Assembly: GCA_001510075.1 (NCBI GenBank)
Contig: LFEN01000034.1
Span: 354 to 64,353 of the forward strand
DNA: 64,000 nt
From: Alphaproteobacteria bacterium casp-alpha2
Lineage (GTDB): Bacteria > Pseudomonadota > Alphaproteobacteria > Rhodospirillales > Casp-alpha2
Reading direction: 5' to 3'
The notes under the pieces: model-generated
What the model saw: the letters and a program-made list of their open reading frames with translations, nothing else
Database searches by the model: none
Told to the model about the DNA's origin: nothing
In this document: one piece after another, positions 1 through 8,611 of the stretch
Numbering within the stretch: position 1 is the stretch's first letter
How the letters are laid out: each line of letters opens with the position of its first letter
Program-made: the position numbers and the translations under genes

Positions 1-474
1 AAGACCGTGGATCTGTTGGAGCCCCGCTATTCGACCAGCGAGCCGGTCGTCGCCGACACCCTGGAAGATCTGATCGGCAAGCTTGATTTCGACGATCGGG
101 AACAGGCGCTCGAAACGCTCAACGCCTATAACGCCGCCGCCGGTGATCCCGGTGGTTTTGACCCAAGCCAAAAAGATGGGTTGTCCACTTCCGGTCTTGA
201 TATCGAAAAAACCAACTGGGCGACCCGCCTCGATGATCCGCCTTTTCACGCCTATTCCGTCACCGGCGGTATTACGTTCACGTTCGGCGGCCTCAAGATC
301 GACGCCGATGCCAAGGTGATCGGCGGCGGGGGGCAGCCGATCCCCGGTCTTTATACCTGCGGCGAGATGGTCGGCGGCCTGTTCCATGATAATTACGGTG
401 CCGGATCTGGTCTGGTATCGGGCGCCACCTTTGGCCGCATTGCCGGACGAAGCGCTGCCGCGGAGAAAGGATAA
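1..474 (+). CDS. FAD flavoprotein, C-terminal fragment (tricarballylate dehydrogenase TcuA-like / soluble fumarate-reductase-like); 5' end lies outside the window
   Basis: Frame 1 is open from base 1. The C-terminal motif GLYTCGEMVGGLFHDNYGAGSGLVSGATFGRIAGRSAA is typical of the TcuA/FccA-type FAD-binding C-terminus. Confidence 0.65.
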   Translation, partial: KTVDLLEPRYSTSEPVVADTLEDLIGKLDFDDREQALETLNAYNAAAGDPGGFDPSQKDGLSTSGLDIEKTNWATRLDDPPFHAYSVTGGITFTFGGLKIDADAKVIGGGGQPIPGLYTCGEMVGGLFHDNYGAGSGLVSGATFGRIAGRSAAAEKG

Positions 475-478
475 AACC

Positions 479-1645
479 ATGAAGCAGGTGAAAATTCCCG
501 CCGTCTTCATGCGTGGCGGCACGTCAAAGGCGATTGTCTTCAAACGCGACGATCTGCCCGACGACCGTGCGCTATGGGATGACATTTTCCTCGCCGCCAT
601 CGGCAGCCCCGATCCCAGCGGACGGCAATTGAACGGCATGGGCGGCGGCATATCGTCACTGTCGAAAGTCTGTGTCGTCGGGGTGTCGGATCGTGACGAT
701 GCCGATGTGGATTACACTTTTGCCCAGGTCAGCATTGATCGGGCTATTGTCGGTTATGCCGCCAACTGCGGCAACATGTCGTCGGCCATGGGTCCGTTTG
801 CCGTCGATGAAGGATTGGTCGAGGCGACGGGGAATGAGGTGACGGTGCGCGTCTACAACACCAATACGGACAAGGTCATTCATGCCCACTTTGCCCTTGA
901 TGATGGGCTCGCCGCCGTTGATGGGGATTTCGAGCTAATGGGGGTGGCCGAAACCGGCGCGCCGGTTCGTATGGAATTCCGCGACCCCGGCGGCGCCGGG
1001 ACGGGGAAATTGCTGCCGACGGGAAACGTCATTGACGTGATCGAAGTGGCGGGGCTTGGCCCGATCGAGGCGTCTTTGGTCGATGCCGCCAATCCTTGCG
1101 TCTTTGTAGAAGCGACAGCGCTTGGCCTCACCGCCAGCGAAAGCCCGATGGACATTGACGCCATGGAAGAAGTGATGGCGCACCTGGAAACCATTCGGGC
1201 CAGGGCAGCAGTGATGATGGGGATGGCTGCGACTCCCGAAGAAGCGACAGAAAAATCGCCGACGGTACCTTTTATCGGCATCGTCGCCCCGCCGAAGGAT
1301 GCCGAAACCCTGTCCGGCGAAAAGATATTCGAAGCGGACGGCGATTTGACCGCCAGGCTCGTTTCCACCGGCAACACCCACCGGGCGTTGCCGCTGACCG
1401 GCGCATTATGTTGTGCAGTGGCGTCGCGCATCGAAGGCACCATCGTTCACCGTCATGCCCGTCCCGTCGAAGACGAAAACCGGGATGTCCGGCTGATGCA
1501 GCCGTCGGGAATTATACCGGTCGCCTGCAAGGTTGGTGCGCCGCCGGAAGGCTGGAAAGCCGAATATGCCGCTGTCTACCGGACGCAACGCCGCCTGTTC
1601 GAAGGCCAAGTCCTGGTGCCGGCGTCGAGGGTTTCCACTCTTTGA
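479..1645 (+). CDS. PrpF-family isomerase (2-methylaconitate cis-trans isomerase / 4-oxalomesaconate tautomerase family)
   Basis: ATG at 479 gives MKQVKIPAVFMRGGTSKAIVF, the PrpF N-terminal signature, and a 388-aa length typical of the family. The track ORF start at 386 overlaps the upstream gene and was trimmed. Confidence 0.8.
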   Translation: MKQVKIPAVFMRGGTSKAIVFKRDDLPDDRALWDDIFLAAIGSPDPSGRQLNGMGGGISSLSKVCVVGVSDRDDADVDYTFAQVSIDRAIVGYAANCGNMSSAMGPFAVDEGLVEATGNEVTVRVYNTNTDKVIHAHFALDDGLAAVDGDFELMGVAETGAPVRMEFRDPGGAGTGKLLPTGNVIDVIEVAGLGPIEASLVDAANPCVFVEATALGLTASESPMDIDAMEEVMAHLETIRARAAVMMGMAATPEEATEKSPTVPFIGIVAPPKDAETLSGEKIFEADGDLTARLVSTGNTHRALPLTGALCCAVASRIEGTIVHRHARPVEDENRDVRLMQPSGIIPVACKVGAPPEGWKAEYAAVYRTQRRLFEGQVLVPASRVSTL

Positions 1646-2970
1646 TACGCCAGCAACTTAAAAACCTCCTCGGGGCGGGCTTCCTTGCCCTTTGCCTGGG
1701 GACAGTTGCCGCAGTTGCCGGGACGCCGCCCGATGCCCGGAACGACCCGGAAGCCTTCATGGAATTCGCCATTGCCCAGGCCTGCCGGTCGCCGCCCCCC
1801 GCCGGGGCTCAGGCCGGGGCCGAGCTAGCCCGCCGTTTCGGTGGCGCCCAACTGCTGGAGGCCCGTGTCTTCGATTTCCGTGGTCTGCCCGGCCGCGCCC
1901 AATTCCGGTTGCTGCTGGCGGACGGCGATGAGGTTCGGGTCAGCCGCTTGTTTCCCATGGGACGGCTTCGCAGGGTGACGGTGGATTATTACCGGGGGTT
2001 TCCCAAGGGCCCGCCCCGTCCCGTGATGTCGGCGGCGCTCAATGCCGGGTGCGGGGTGTTGCGGGCGGCGCGTATCGATTATGACCGCCAGGGCCGGGCG
2101 GAAACACTATTGAACCTGGGTCAGGACCTGAAACAGGTTCTTTCCCGTCAGCCCCTGAACCCGCCCGTTCCCGCAGGCCGGGATCCGGGCGGGATTTTGG
2201 TTGCGCACGTGGATACGGGCGTCAATTACCTTTTGGAAGGGGTCTCCGCAAGACTGGCCAGAGATACGCGGGGGATGCCTCTCGGGTTTGACTATTGGGA
2301 CATGGACAACCGTCCCTTCGATCTGGATACGGGGCGCTCGCCGTTTTTCCCGCTTCACCACGGCACCGCAGTGGCCAGCATCATCCTCCGCGAAGCGCCA
2401 AGGGCCCGCCTGGTTCCTTACCGGTACCCCCGTCCCGACATGTCCCGGCTGGAAGCCCTGGTCGCCGATGCCGACGATCAGGGCGTGGTAATCGTGAACA
2501 TGGCCATGGGCTCCAACAAACGAAGCGACTGGGAAGCACTGGCTCGTGCGGCGGGCGAGCGGGCGCATATACTGTTTGTCATTTCCGCTGGCAATGACGG
2601 ACGCGATATCGACGAAAGACCGGTCTTTCCGGCGGCCCTTGATTTGGAGAACTTCCTGGTCGTGACCTCGGCGGACAACTTCGGCCGTCTGGCGGAAGGA
2701 TCAAACTGGGGTCGGAGCCATGTAGACATCATGGTGCCTGGGGAACGTGTTCCCGTCACCGATCATCGGGGCGCGGACGGCAAGGCTTCCGGGTCCAGCT
2801 TTGCCGTGCCGCGCATCACCGCGCTGGCGGCGCGCCTTCTGGCCAAGCACCCGGACTGGAAGGCAAAGGAATTGAAGCGGGCCATCGTCGCCCGGGCCCG
2901 GCTGTCCCGGCATTATGAGGTGTTGCCGGTGCGGTACGGCTGGATTCCTGATCCAACGGACGATTTTTAA
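1642..2970 (+). CDS. Secreted subtilisin-like serine peptidase (S8 family)
   Basis: D/H/S triad motifs are present: HVDTGVNY, HGTAVASIIL, SGSSFAVPRITALAA. An in-frame TTG at 1642 overlaps the PrpF stop (TTGA) and yields a signal-peptide-like N-terminus, (M)IRQQLKNLLGAGFLALCLGTVAAVAG. The exact start is uncertain. Confidence 0.75.
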   Translation: MIRQQLKNLLGAGFLALCLGTVAAVAGTPPDARNDPEAFMEFAIAQACRSPPPAGAQAGAELARRFGGAQLLEARVFDFRGLPGRAQFRLLLADGDEVRVSRLFPMGRLRRVTVDYYRGFPKGPPRPVMSAALNAGCGVLRAARIDYDRQGRAETLLNLGQDLKQVLSRQPLNPPVPAGRDPGGILVAHVDTGVNYLLEGVSARLARDTRGMPLGFDYWDMDNRPFDLDTGRSPFFPLHHGTAVASIILREAPRARLVPYRYPRPDMSRLEALVADADDQGVVIVNMAMGSNKRSDWEALARAAGERAHILFVISAGNDGRDIDERPVFPAALDLENFLVVTSADNFGRLAEGSNWGRSHVDIMVPGERVPVTDHRGADGKASGSSFAVPRITALAARLLAKHPDWKAKELKRAIVARARLSRHYEVLPVRYGWIPDPTDDF

Positions 2971-2973
2971 AGC

Positions 2974-4116
2974 TTAGCGTTCCCTGGGCGCTCTTGGCCG
3001 GGGCAAAGGTCTGCGCCTGGGTGGCGTCGGGTTTTTTTCGATGAAATTGCGAGCCAGCGGCGCCAGCCGGGGGTGGTGTAGTTCCAGAAGCTTCAGCGAC
3101 TTTTCCGCCAGGGCTTTGTCCCCGCCCCAGGTCCCGGCCTGCACGCCCAGGCGCAATATCTCGGCGTCGGCGGGCAGGATGTCGACAAGCCGCTTGAGGT
3201 GCTTGACCTCGTCGGCGTAGCGCCCGGCCAGGTGCAGCGTGATCGCCATCGACACCATGGAATTGAGGGCATTGGGGTCCTGGCCCAATGCTCGGGCGAA
3301 CATGGAAACGGCGTCGTCAAATAGGCGCTGGCGTCCGAACACCTGTCCCGCCAAGTCCCAGAGCTGCCGGTTGTTGGTGGCCACGCATTGGTCTTTGATG
3401 AAAGAAACATGCCGGGGCTGGAGCGCGCGCCGGGTACCCCGGGCGGAGTCCAGGGCCTCGGAACACTTCCGGTAGGCTTCGCCGGTAGCCATGCTGGCGA
3501 TTTGATGGTCAGGCCCCGATAAGGCTTTCAGTTTGGCGATCTCGGATACCGGAATCGCCTCGTTGCGGCCCTCCCCGCCGGAGGCGATGATGGCGACCAG
3601 GCGGCCCTGGTCGTCGACCAGTGCGCCGCCTGAATTGCCGGGCTGGCTGTAGGCATCATGGTGCAGCCGGGCCAAGGGCTTTTCTTTCGCCGGCATCAAC
3701 CGGATCCGCCCCGGTGGATAAACCCGGATCTGCCCCCGCCCGGTGTCGGCGCCGATGGTATAAAGGGCCATCTCGCGCGAGGCTGTAGCCGTCGCCATGG
3801 ATTTTATAGCTTTTAGAGCCGGGACTTTCAGCAGGATCAAATCACCGGGATAGCTCGTCGGCACGACCTCGGCCGTCATTATTTTACCCGAAGGCGAAAA
3901 TACCTCGACGCGATTGCTGTCGGCGACGACGTGGCGATTGGTGACCAAAAGCTCGTTGGCGATGAGCACGGCGCTGGCTTCGGGATCAAAGGACGCGATC
4001 CTGAAAACCCGGCTCGCTTGCGCGCATACGGGTGGCGGGGCGGTGCAGGCCGGGGCTTGAGCCGCCGCCGGGGGCGACACCAGAAGAACCAGCAAAAGCA
4101 ACAACAGGCGGATCAT
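2974..4116 (-). CDS. Secreted trypsin-like (S1/DegP-type) serine protease with C-terminal TPR-like repeats
   Basis: ATG at 4116 gives the signal peptide MIRLLLLLLVLLVSPPAAAQA. Also present: TNRHVV (His), GNSGGALVD (Ser) and a helical TPR-like C-terminal half. The track ORF extension to 4449 overlaps azlD and was rejected. Confidence 0.75.
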   Translation of the reverse strand: MIRLLLLLLVLLVSPPAAAQAPACTAPPPVCAQASRVFRIASFDPEASAVLIANELLVTNRHVVADSNRVEVFSPSGKIMTAEVVPTSYPGDLILLKVPALKAIKSMATATASREMALYTIGADTGRGQIRVYPPGRIRLMPAKEKPLARLHHDAYSQPGNSGGALVDDQGRLVAIIASGGEGRNEAIPVSEIAKLKALSGPDHQIASMATGEAYRKCSEALDSARGTRRALQPRHVSFIKDQCVATNNRQLWDLAGQVFGRQRLFDDAVSMFARALGQDPNALNSMVSMAITLHLAGRYADEVKHLKRLVDILPADAEILRLGVQAGTWGGDKALAEKSLKLLELHHPRLAPLARNFIEKNPTPPRRRPLPRPRAPRER

Positions 4117-4124
4117 CGGCGTTC

Positions 4125-4466
4125 CTAGTAAATGCCGAAAGCATGCAGGGTGGTCAGGGTGAAAAAAATGCCGACGGCGGCGATCATGCCGGGCAGCATG
4201 CTGCGGCGAAAAGCGAAAAAAACCAGAAACCCGACGGCTAATGCCACCAGCCGGTCGACCAGCGGCGTTTCTGCCAGAATACCAACCGGCATCACCATAA
4301 TCCGGGACATCAGTCCGGCCAGCATGCCGTAGGCGACGCACGACGTCCATTGCGTGAAATCGTTGCTGGGCGTGATGCGGGCGACAATGGCAACGCCGAT
4401 ACCGCGCCAGACATAGGTCGCCGCGGTGACCAGCCCCAACAGCCACCAAAGGGCCATCTCATTCAT
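4125..4466 (-). CDS. azlD: Branched-chain amino acid exporter small subunit AzlD
   Basis: About 113-aa hydrophobic protein immediately downstream of azlC, overlapping it by 8 nt. Start chosen at [13 protein letters not shown]. Confidence 0.7.
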   Translation of the reverse strand: MNEMALWWLLGLVTAATYVWRGIGVAIVARITPSNDFTQWTSCVAYGMLAGLMSRIMVMPVGILAETPLVDRLVALAVGFLVFFAFRRSMLPGMIAAVGIFFTLTTLHAFGIY

Positions 4467-5142
4467 GTCCGGTCCCCATTTTTTTATCGAGGAAGAAAGC
4501 GGCAGTGCCGGCGATAAAGCCGACAAAGGGCAGGCCCCAGTCAGGTGACAGCAGATGAAACAGGGGACCCAAGACAGCGCCGATCATCAGCGCCATGATG
4601 CAGTTGCGCTGGCGGATGCTGGAAAACAGGAAAATGAAATACATCGGATTAAGGAAAATCAGGCTGACGGTGATATAGAACGGCAATGTCCCCGCCAAAT
4701 GATAGCCCACCGCCGTGCCGAGCACACCCGCCGCCATGGAGACGGCACCAAGCCCGATGTAATAGGGTCCGCGCTGGTGATCGCCCAGTTCCGGGGCGCG
4801 TCTCAGGGTCAACGCCCAGGTGTTGACGCTCATCATCGCCACCAGAATATAGCGCCAGCGCCAGATGCCGGGATCGGCCCGGAACAGCGGCATCATCGAC
4901 AGCGACATCGGCAGGAACCTGAGGTTGGCCATGGACGAGGCCAGTGCAATGGCCAGTACCGGCGCGCCGACGGCGAAAAGCTCGACAAACGCCACCTGCC
5001 CCGGCAGGCCCCAGACCGTCGCCGTCGAGGCGACGGCAACGCCAAAGGTGATGCCGATATCCTGGCTTAGCGAGCCGAAACCGATCATCGAGGCGCTGAC
5101 CACCCAGACGGGCATGCGAAAGGCGTCGGCGACGCCTCGCAT
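4459..5142 (-). CDS. azlC: AzlC-family branched-chain amino acid permease subunit
   Basis: 227-aa polytopic protein with AzlC-like sequence ([29 protein letters not shown]) and an azlD partner. Confidence 0.8.
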   Translation of the reverse strand: MRGVADAFRMPVWVVSASMIGFGSLSQDIGITFGVAVASTATVWGLPGQVAFVELFAVGAPVLAIALASSMANLRFLPMSLSMMPLFRADPGIWRWRYILVAMMSVNTWALTLRRAPELGDHQRGPYYIGLGAVSMAAGVLGTAVGYHLAGTLPFYITVSLIFLNPMYFIFLFSSIRQRNCIMALMIGAVLGPLFHLLSPDWGLPFVGFIAGTAAFFLDKKMGTGHE

Positions 5143-5262
5143 AAAGGCTTCACGGCGTTCGCCGGGGCTGGATGTTGCGGGCTCGGAAATAACGCGTCCT
5201 TTTCAGCCGGTTGTTCGGGGGCTACTTTATGCCTCAGCAGGGAGCAGGAAAAGGTAGAAGCC

Positions 5263-5703
5263 GTGAGTAGTATCAATAGGGAAAGCATTACCCTTGTTAC
5301 CGGGGTTATTGGCGCCGATACGCACATCGTCGGCAACCGGATACTGTCCATGGGCCTGGAGGAAGCCGGCTTCAAGGTCGTGACCTTGGGGGCGTTGACG
5401 CCAGCGGCGGAATTCGTCAAGGCGGCCATCGAAACAGCCGCCGACGGGATCATGGTGTCGTCACTCTATGGCCAGGGGGAACTGGATTGCCGGGGTTTTC
5501 GCGACCTTTGCATCGAAGCCGGCCTGGACGGTATTTTACTCTACATCGGCGGCAGCCTGGTCGTCGGCAAGCAGGAATGGTCCGAGGTCGAAGGGCGCTT
5601 TTTAGGCATGGGGTTTGATCGTGCTTTTGCCAACGCCACCCGTGTCGAGGACGTGGTCGAGGCGCTGGACAAAGATTTCGCAGCGCGGAAAAAGTCCGGT
5701 TAA
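5263..5703 (+). CDS. glmS: Glutamate (methylaspartate) mutase S-subunit homologue, B12-binding
   Basis: [12 protein letters not shown] contains the DxHxxG cobalamin-ligand motif. There is near-colinear similarity to clostridial GlmS/MutS ([27 protein letters not shown]). The start is GTG. Confidence 0.85.
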   Translation: MSSINRESITLVTGVIGADTHIVGNRILSMGLEEAGFKVVTLGALTPAAEFVKAAIETAADGIMVSSLYGQGELDCRGFRDLCIEAGLDGILLYIGGSLVVGKQEWSEVEGRFLGMGFDRAFANATRVEDVVEALDKDFAARKKSG

Positions 5704-7091
5704 TGAGCGCCGCCCTTCTGATTGATTTTGGCTCGACCTTTACCAAGCTTCGCGCCATCGATTTGGCGGATGGAAATATCATCGGCTCGGGCCAAGGCCC
5801 GTCGACGGTCGAGACCGACGTCACCGAGGGGTTGAGCACCGCGCTCGCAGACCTTGAAGGCCATCTAGGCGCCCTGCCGAATTTCAAACACCGGCTGGCC
5901 TGTTCCAGCGCCGCCGGGGGGCTTGGCATGGTGACGGTCGGGCTGGTCCGGGAGTTGACCGCCGAAGCGGCAAAGCAGGCGGCGCTTGGCGCCGGTGCGA
6001 AGTTGACGGGGGCATTTTCCTACGGCCTGACAAAAGGCGATATCGCCGACATAGAACGCCTGGCCCCGGATATTATTTTATTGGCCGGCGGCACCGATGG
6101 CGGCAATGCAGAGGTGATCCTGGAAAATGCTGCCAAGTTGGCCGCTGCCGGGCTCACCTGTCCGGTGGTCATCGCCGGTAACCGCGAAGCGGCGGAAGAA
6201 GTAGCCGCCTTGCTGGAGGCCGCTGGTTCACCTGTTATCGTCACTGAAAACGTCATGCCGGAATTCGGTGTGCTGAATGTCGAGCCGGCCCGCGCCGCCA
6301 TTCGTCAGGTTTTTATCGACCGTATCGTTCACGCCAAGGGCATCGACAAGGCGGCGGCACTGTTCGACGCGGTGCTGATGCCGACCCCGGCGGCCGTGCT
6401 CGAAGGGGCCAGATTATTGTCGGCCGGGCATGGTGATATCGCCGGACTGGGGCCGCTGGTCGTCGTCGATGTCGGCGGCGCCACCACGGATGTGCATTCC
6501 GTCGCCGACGGTGCGCCGACGAAAGAAGGCGTCATCGCCCACGGCTTGCCGGAACCGCATCTCAAACGGACGGTCGAAGGCGACCTTGGTATGCGAATTA
6601 ACGCTGCCGCCATCGCCGAGGCGGCGGGATTGGAGCAATTGGCCGCTGGCGCCGGGTTGGCGGTTGCCCGTGCCGAAGAAATTCTGCAAATGCTGTCCGC
6701 CGACATAGAACGCCTTCCCGACGGTGAAGACGAACAGCGCTTCGACCAGACCCTGGCCGAAGCGGCCCTGAAAATTGCCATGACCCGTCATGCCGGCTCC
6801 CTTGCCATCGTGCAGACGGTGGCCGGGCCGGTCAGTGTCCAAACCGGCAAGGATTTGGGCCAAATCAAAACCCTGATCGGCACCGGCGGTGTGCTGGCGC
6901 ACGGCAAGAACCCGGCGGCGGCCTTGATGGCGACCCTGGCGGACCCTTTGGTTCCGCAATCGCTCAAGCCCCAGGCGCCGGATATTCGCCTCGACAAAGA
7001 CTATGTGCTTTTTGCCGTCGGCCTGTTGGCGGAACGTGAGCCAGAGGCTGCCTTGACGCTGGGTATCCGCCACATGCATTCTGTCACATGA
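5703..7091 (+). CDS. glmL: GlmL/MutL-type mutase accessory (chaperone-like ATPase) protein
   Basis: [22 protein letters not shown]-terminus and 462-aa length are as in clostridial MutL. The gene sits between the S and E subunits, with TAATG and ATGA overlaps. Confidence 0.8.
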   Translation: MSAALLIDFGSTFTKLRAIDLADGNIIGSGQGPSTVETDVTEGLSTALADLEGHLGALPNFKHRLACSSAAGGLGMVTVGLVRELTAEAAKQAALGAGAKLTGAFSYGLTKGDIADIERLAPDIILLAGGTDGGNAEVILENAAKLAAAGLTCPVVIAGNREAAEEVAALLEAAGSPVIVTENVMPEFGVLNVEPARAAIRQVFIDRIVHAKGIDKAAALFDAVLMPTPAAVLEGARLLSAGHGDIAGLGPLVVVDVGGATTDVHSVADGAPTKEGVIAHGLPEPHLKRTVEGDLGMRINAAAIAEAAGLEQLAAGAGLAVARAEEILQMLSADIERLPDGEDEQRFDQTLAEAALKIAMTRHAGSLAIVQTVAGPVSVQTGKDLGQIKTLIGTGGVLAHGKNPAAALMATLADPLVPQSLKPQAPDIRLDKDYVLFAVGLLAEREPEAALTLGIRHMHSVT

Positions 7092-8575
7092 ACTTAAATT
7101 CTGACGATACACCCATTTCGGCAGCGGCGATCCCGGCGGATGATTTTGCCCTCATGCGCACCGAAAACCTCGCCCGCTGGCCTACCGGGGCGGACGTGGA
7201 CCTGGACGAAGCCGTCGAATTTCACAAATCCTTGCCCCAGGAAAAGCAACTGGGGTGGGTCATGCGCCGGGCGGCGGAAGAAGGCCGCTGCCTGACACAA
7301 CCGCGCGGCGGTTTCGGGACCCTGGAGCTGCAACTGGAACTGATGCGCGCGCTGGATCAGGACGGCATGGCCGACATCGTGCCGACGACCACGGACAGCT
7401 ATACCCGCAACGAACAATGGGAACAGGCGGCCACGGGGATAGAGGAATCCAAGCGCCAGGGTCGTTCCATGCTGAACGGTTTTCCCATGGTCAATTACGG
7501 GCCGAAAGAAGCCCGCAAGCTGATCGAAGCCATCAACAAGCCGGCCATTGTGCTGTCGGGAACGGCGATGCCGCGCTTGACCTGCGAAGTCGGCTTTGCC
7601 GCCGGATTTTCCGGCTATCTCGGTTCCGGCATTGCCTACACCACGTCCTATACCAAGGATACCTCCATCGCCGAGGGCATCCGCAATTATCAATACCTTG
7701 ATCGTCTGGCGGCGCTTTATCAGGAAAAGGGCGTCGAATTACACAGGAGACAGCCCGGTTTTCTTACCGGCACCAATGTGCCGCCCTGCATTGCCATTGC
7801 CGTCGGCGTGTTGGACGCCTTGTTGGCGGCGGGCCAAGGGGTCAAAAACTACGGCCTGGAACTGGCCCAGACCCTGCACCTGATCCAGGACGCCGCGGCG
7901 ATAAAAGTTTGCGGCGAACTGGCGCAGGAATATCTGCTGGCGGCCGGCTTTGAGGATATGTTCACCCCGGTGACATCGTTGCACTGGATGGGCGCGTGGC
8001 CGCAGGATGATGCCCAGTCGGCGGCCCTGGTGTCTTATGGTGGCACACTGGCGGCGGTCGGGGGCGCGGTCAGTGTCACTACTAAAAGCACCCACGAGGC
8101 CTACGGTATCCCGACACCCGCGGCCAACGCCGAAGGGCTGCGCACGACCCGCATGGCGGTCTATCTGGCGCGCCACATCCGCCTCGATGACTTGCCGGAA
8201 TTTAAAGCCGAAGTCGACTTGTTGCGGCGCGAAACCCGCCCCATCATCGACAAGGCCCTGGAAATGGGCGACGGCGACGCTGCCCTGGGCGCCGTCCGGG
8301 CGTTGGAAGCGGGGGCGCTGGATATCCCCTGGTCGCCGAGCCGGTTCGTAAAGTCCCGGGTAATGCCGGCCCGCGACGCCGACGGATACCTTAGAATTTA
8401 TGACCCCGGCGACATGGTTTTTGCCAGTGATGTGGCCGAAATACATACCGAGCGCCTGAAAAAGCGCGCCGAAGTTGAAGGGGTGGCCTTTGATCGCAAT
8501 CTGGCGGTAAAAAGTGTCTATGAAATATCCGAACCGCTGGACAAACTGCTGCCGTTTCCCTGGGCGGCAGAGTAA
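7088..8575 (+). CDS. glmE: Glutamate mutase E-subunit homologue with divergent active-site residues
   Basis: Colinear with C. cochlearium GlmE as I recall it: QPRGG, TDSYTR, GRSMLNGFPMVNYG, LTGTNVPP, AGQGVKN, TKSTHEAYGIPT. See the finding on the substitutions at positions 149 and 171. Confidence 0.85.
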   Translation: MNLNSDDTPISAAAIPADDFALMRTENLARWPTGADVDLDEAVEFHKSLPQEKQLGWVMRRAAEEGRCLTQPRGGFGTLELQLELMRALDQDGMADIVPTTTDSYTRNEQWEQAATGIEESKRQGRSMLNGFPMVNYGPKEARKLIEAINKPAIVLSGTAMPRLTCEVGFAAGFSGYLGSGIAYTTSYTKDTSIAEGIRNYQYLDRLAALYQEKGVELHRRQPGFLTGTNVPPCIAIAVGVLDALLAAGQGVKNYGLELAQTLHLIQDAAAIKVCGELAQEYLLAAGFEDMFTPVTSLHWMGAWPQDDAQSAALVSYGGTLAAVGGAVSVTTKSTHEAYGIPTPAANAEGLRTTRMAVYLARHIRLDDLPEFKAEVDLLRRETRPIIDKALEMGDGDAALGAVRALEAGALDIPWSPSRFVKSRVMPARDADGYLRIYDPGDMVFASDVAEIHTERLKKRAEVEGVAFDRNLAVKSVYEISEPLDKLLPFPWAAE

Positions 8576-8611
8576 CGCTATAATCAATAAAACACATAGG
8601 AAGCCCTTACC

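Noticed and set aside
4117-4449. N-terminal 111-aa extension of the trypsin-like protease ORF (track start 4449). Similar extensions occur at 386-478 (PrpF), 1408-1641 (S8), 61067-61291 (LysE), 61723-61794 (hydrolase) and 50805-50939 (GlcE).
   Set aside because: The extensions overlap neighbouring genes, are Arg/His/Pro-rich, and precede internal starts that give canonical N-termini or signal peptides.
5143-5262. Possible cobalamin riboswitch upstream of the B12-dependent mutase operon
   Set aside because: The leader is only about 120 nt, and I could not find a B12-box-like core or the multi-stem architecture. It is too short for a cobalamin riboswitch. Only a covariance-model scan could formally exclude it.
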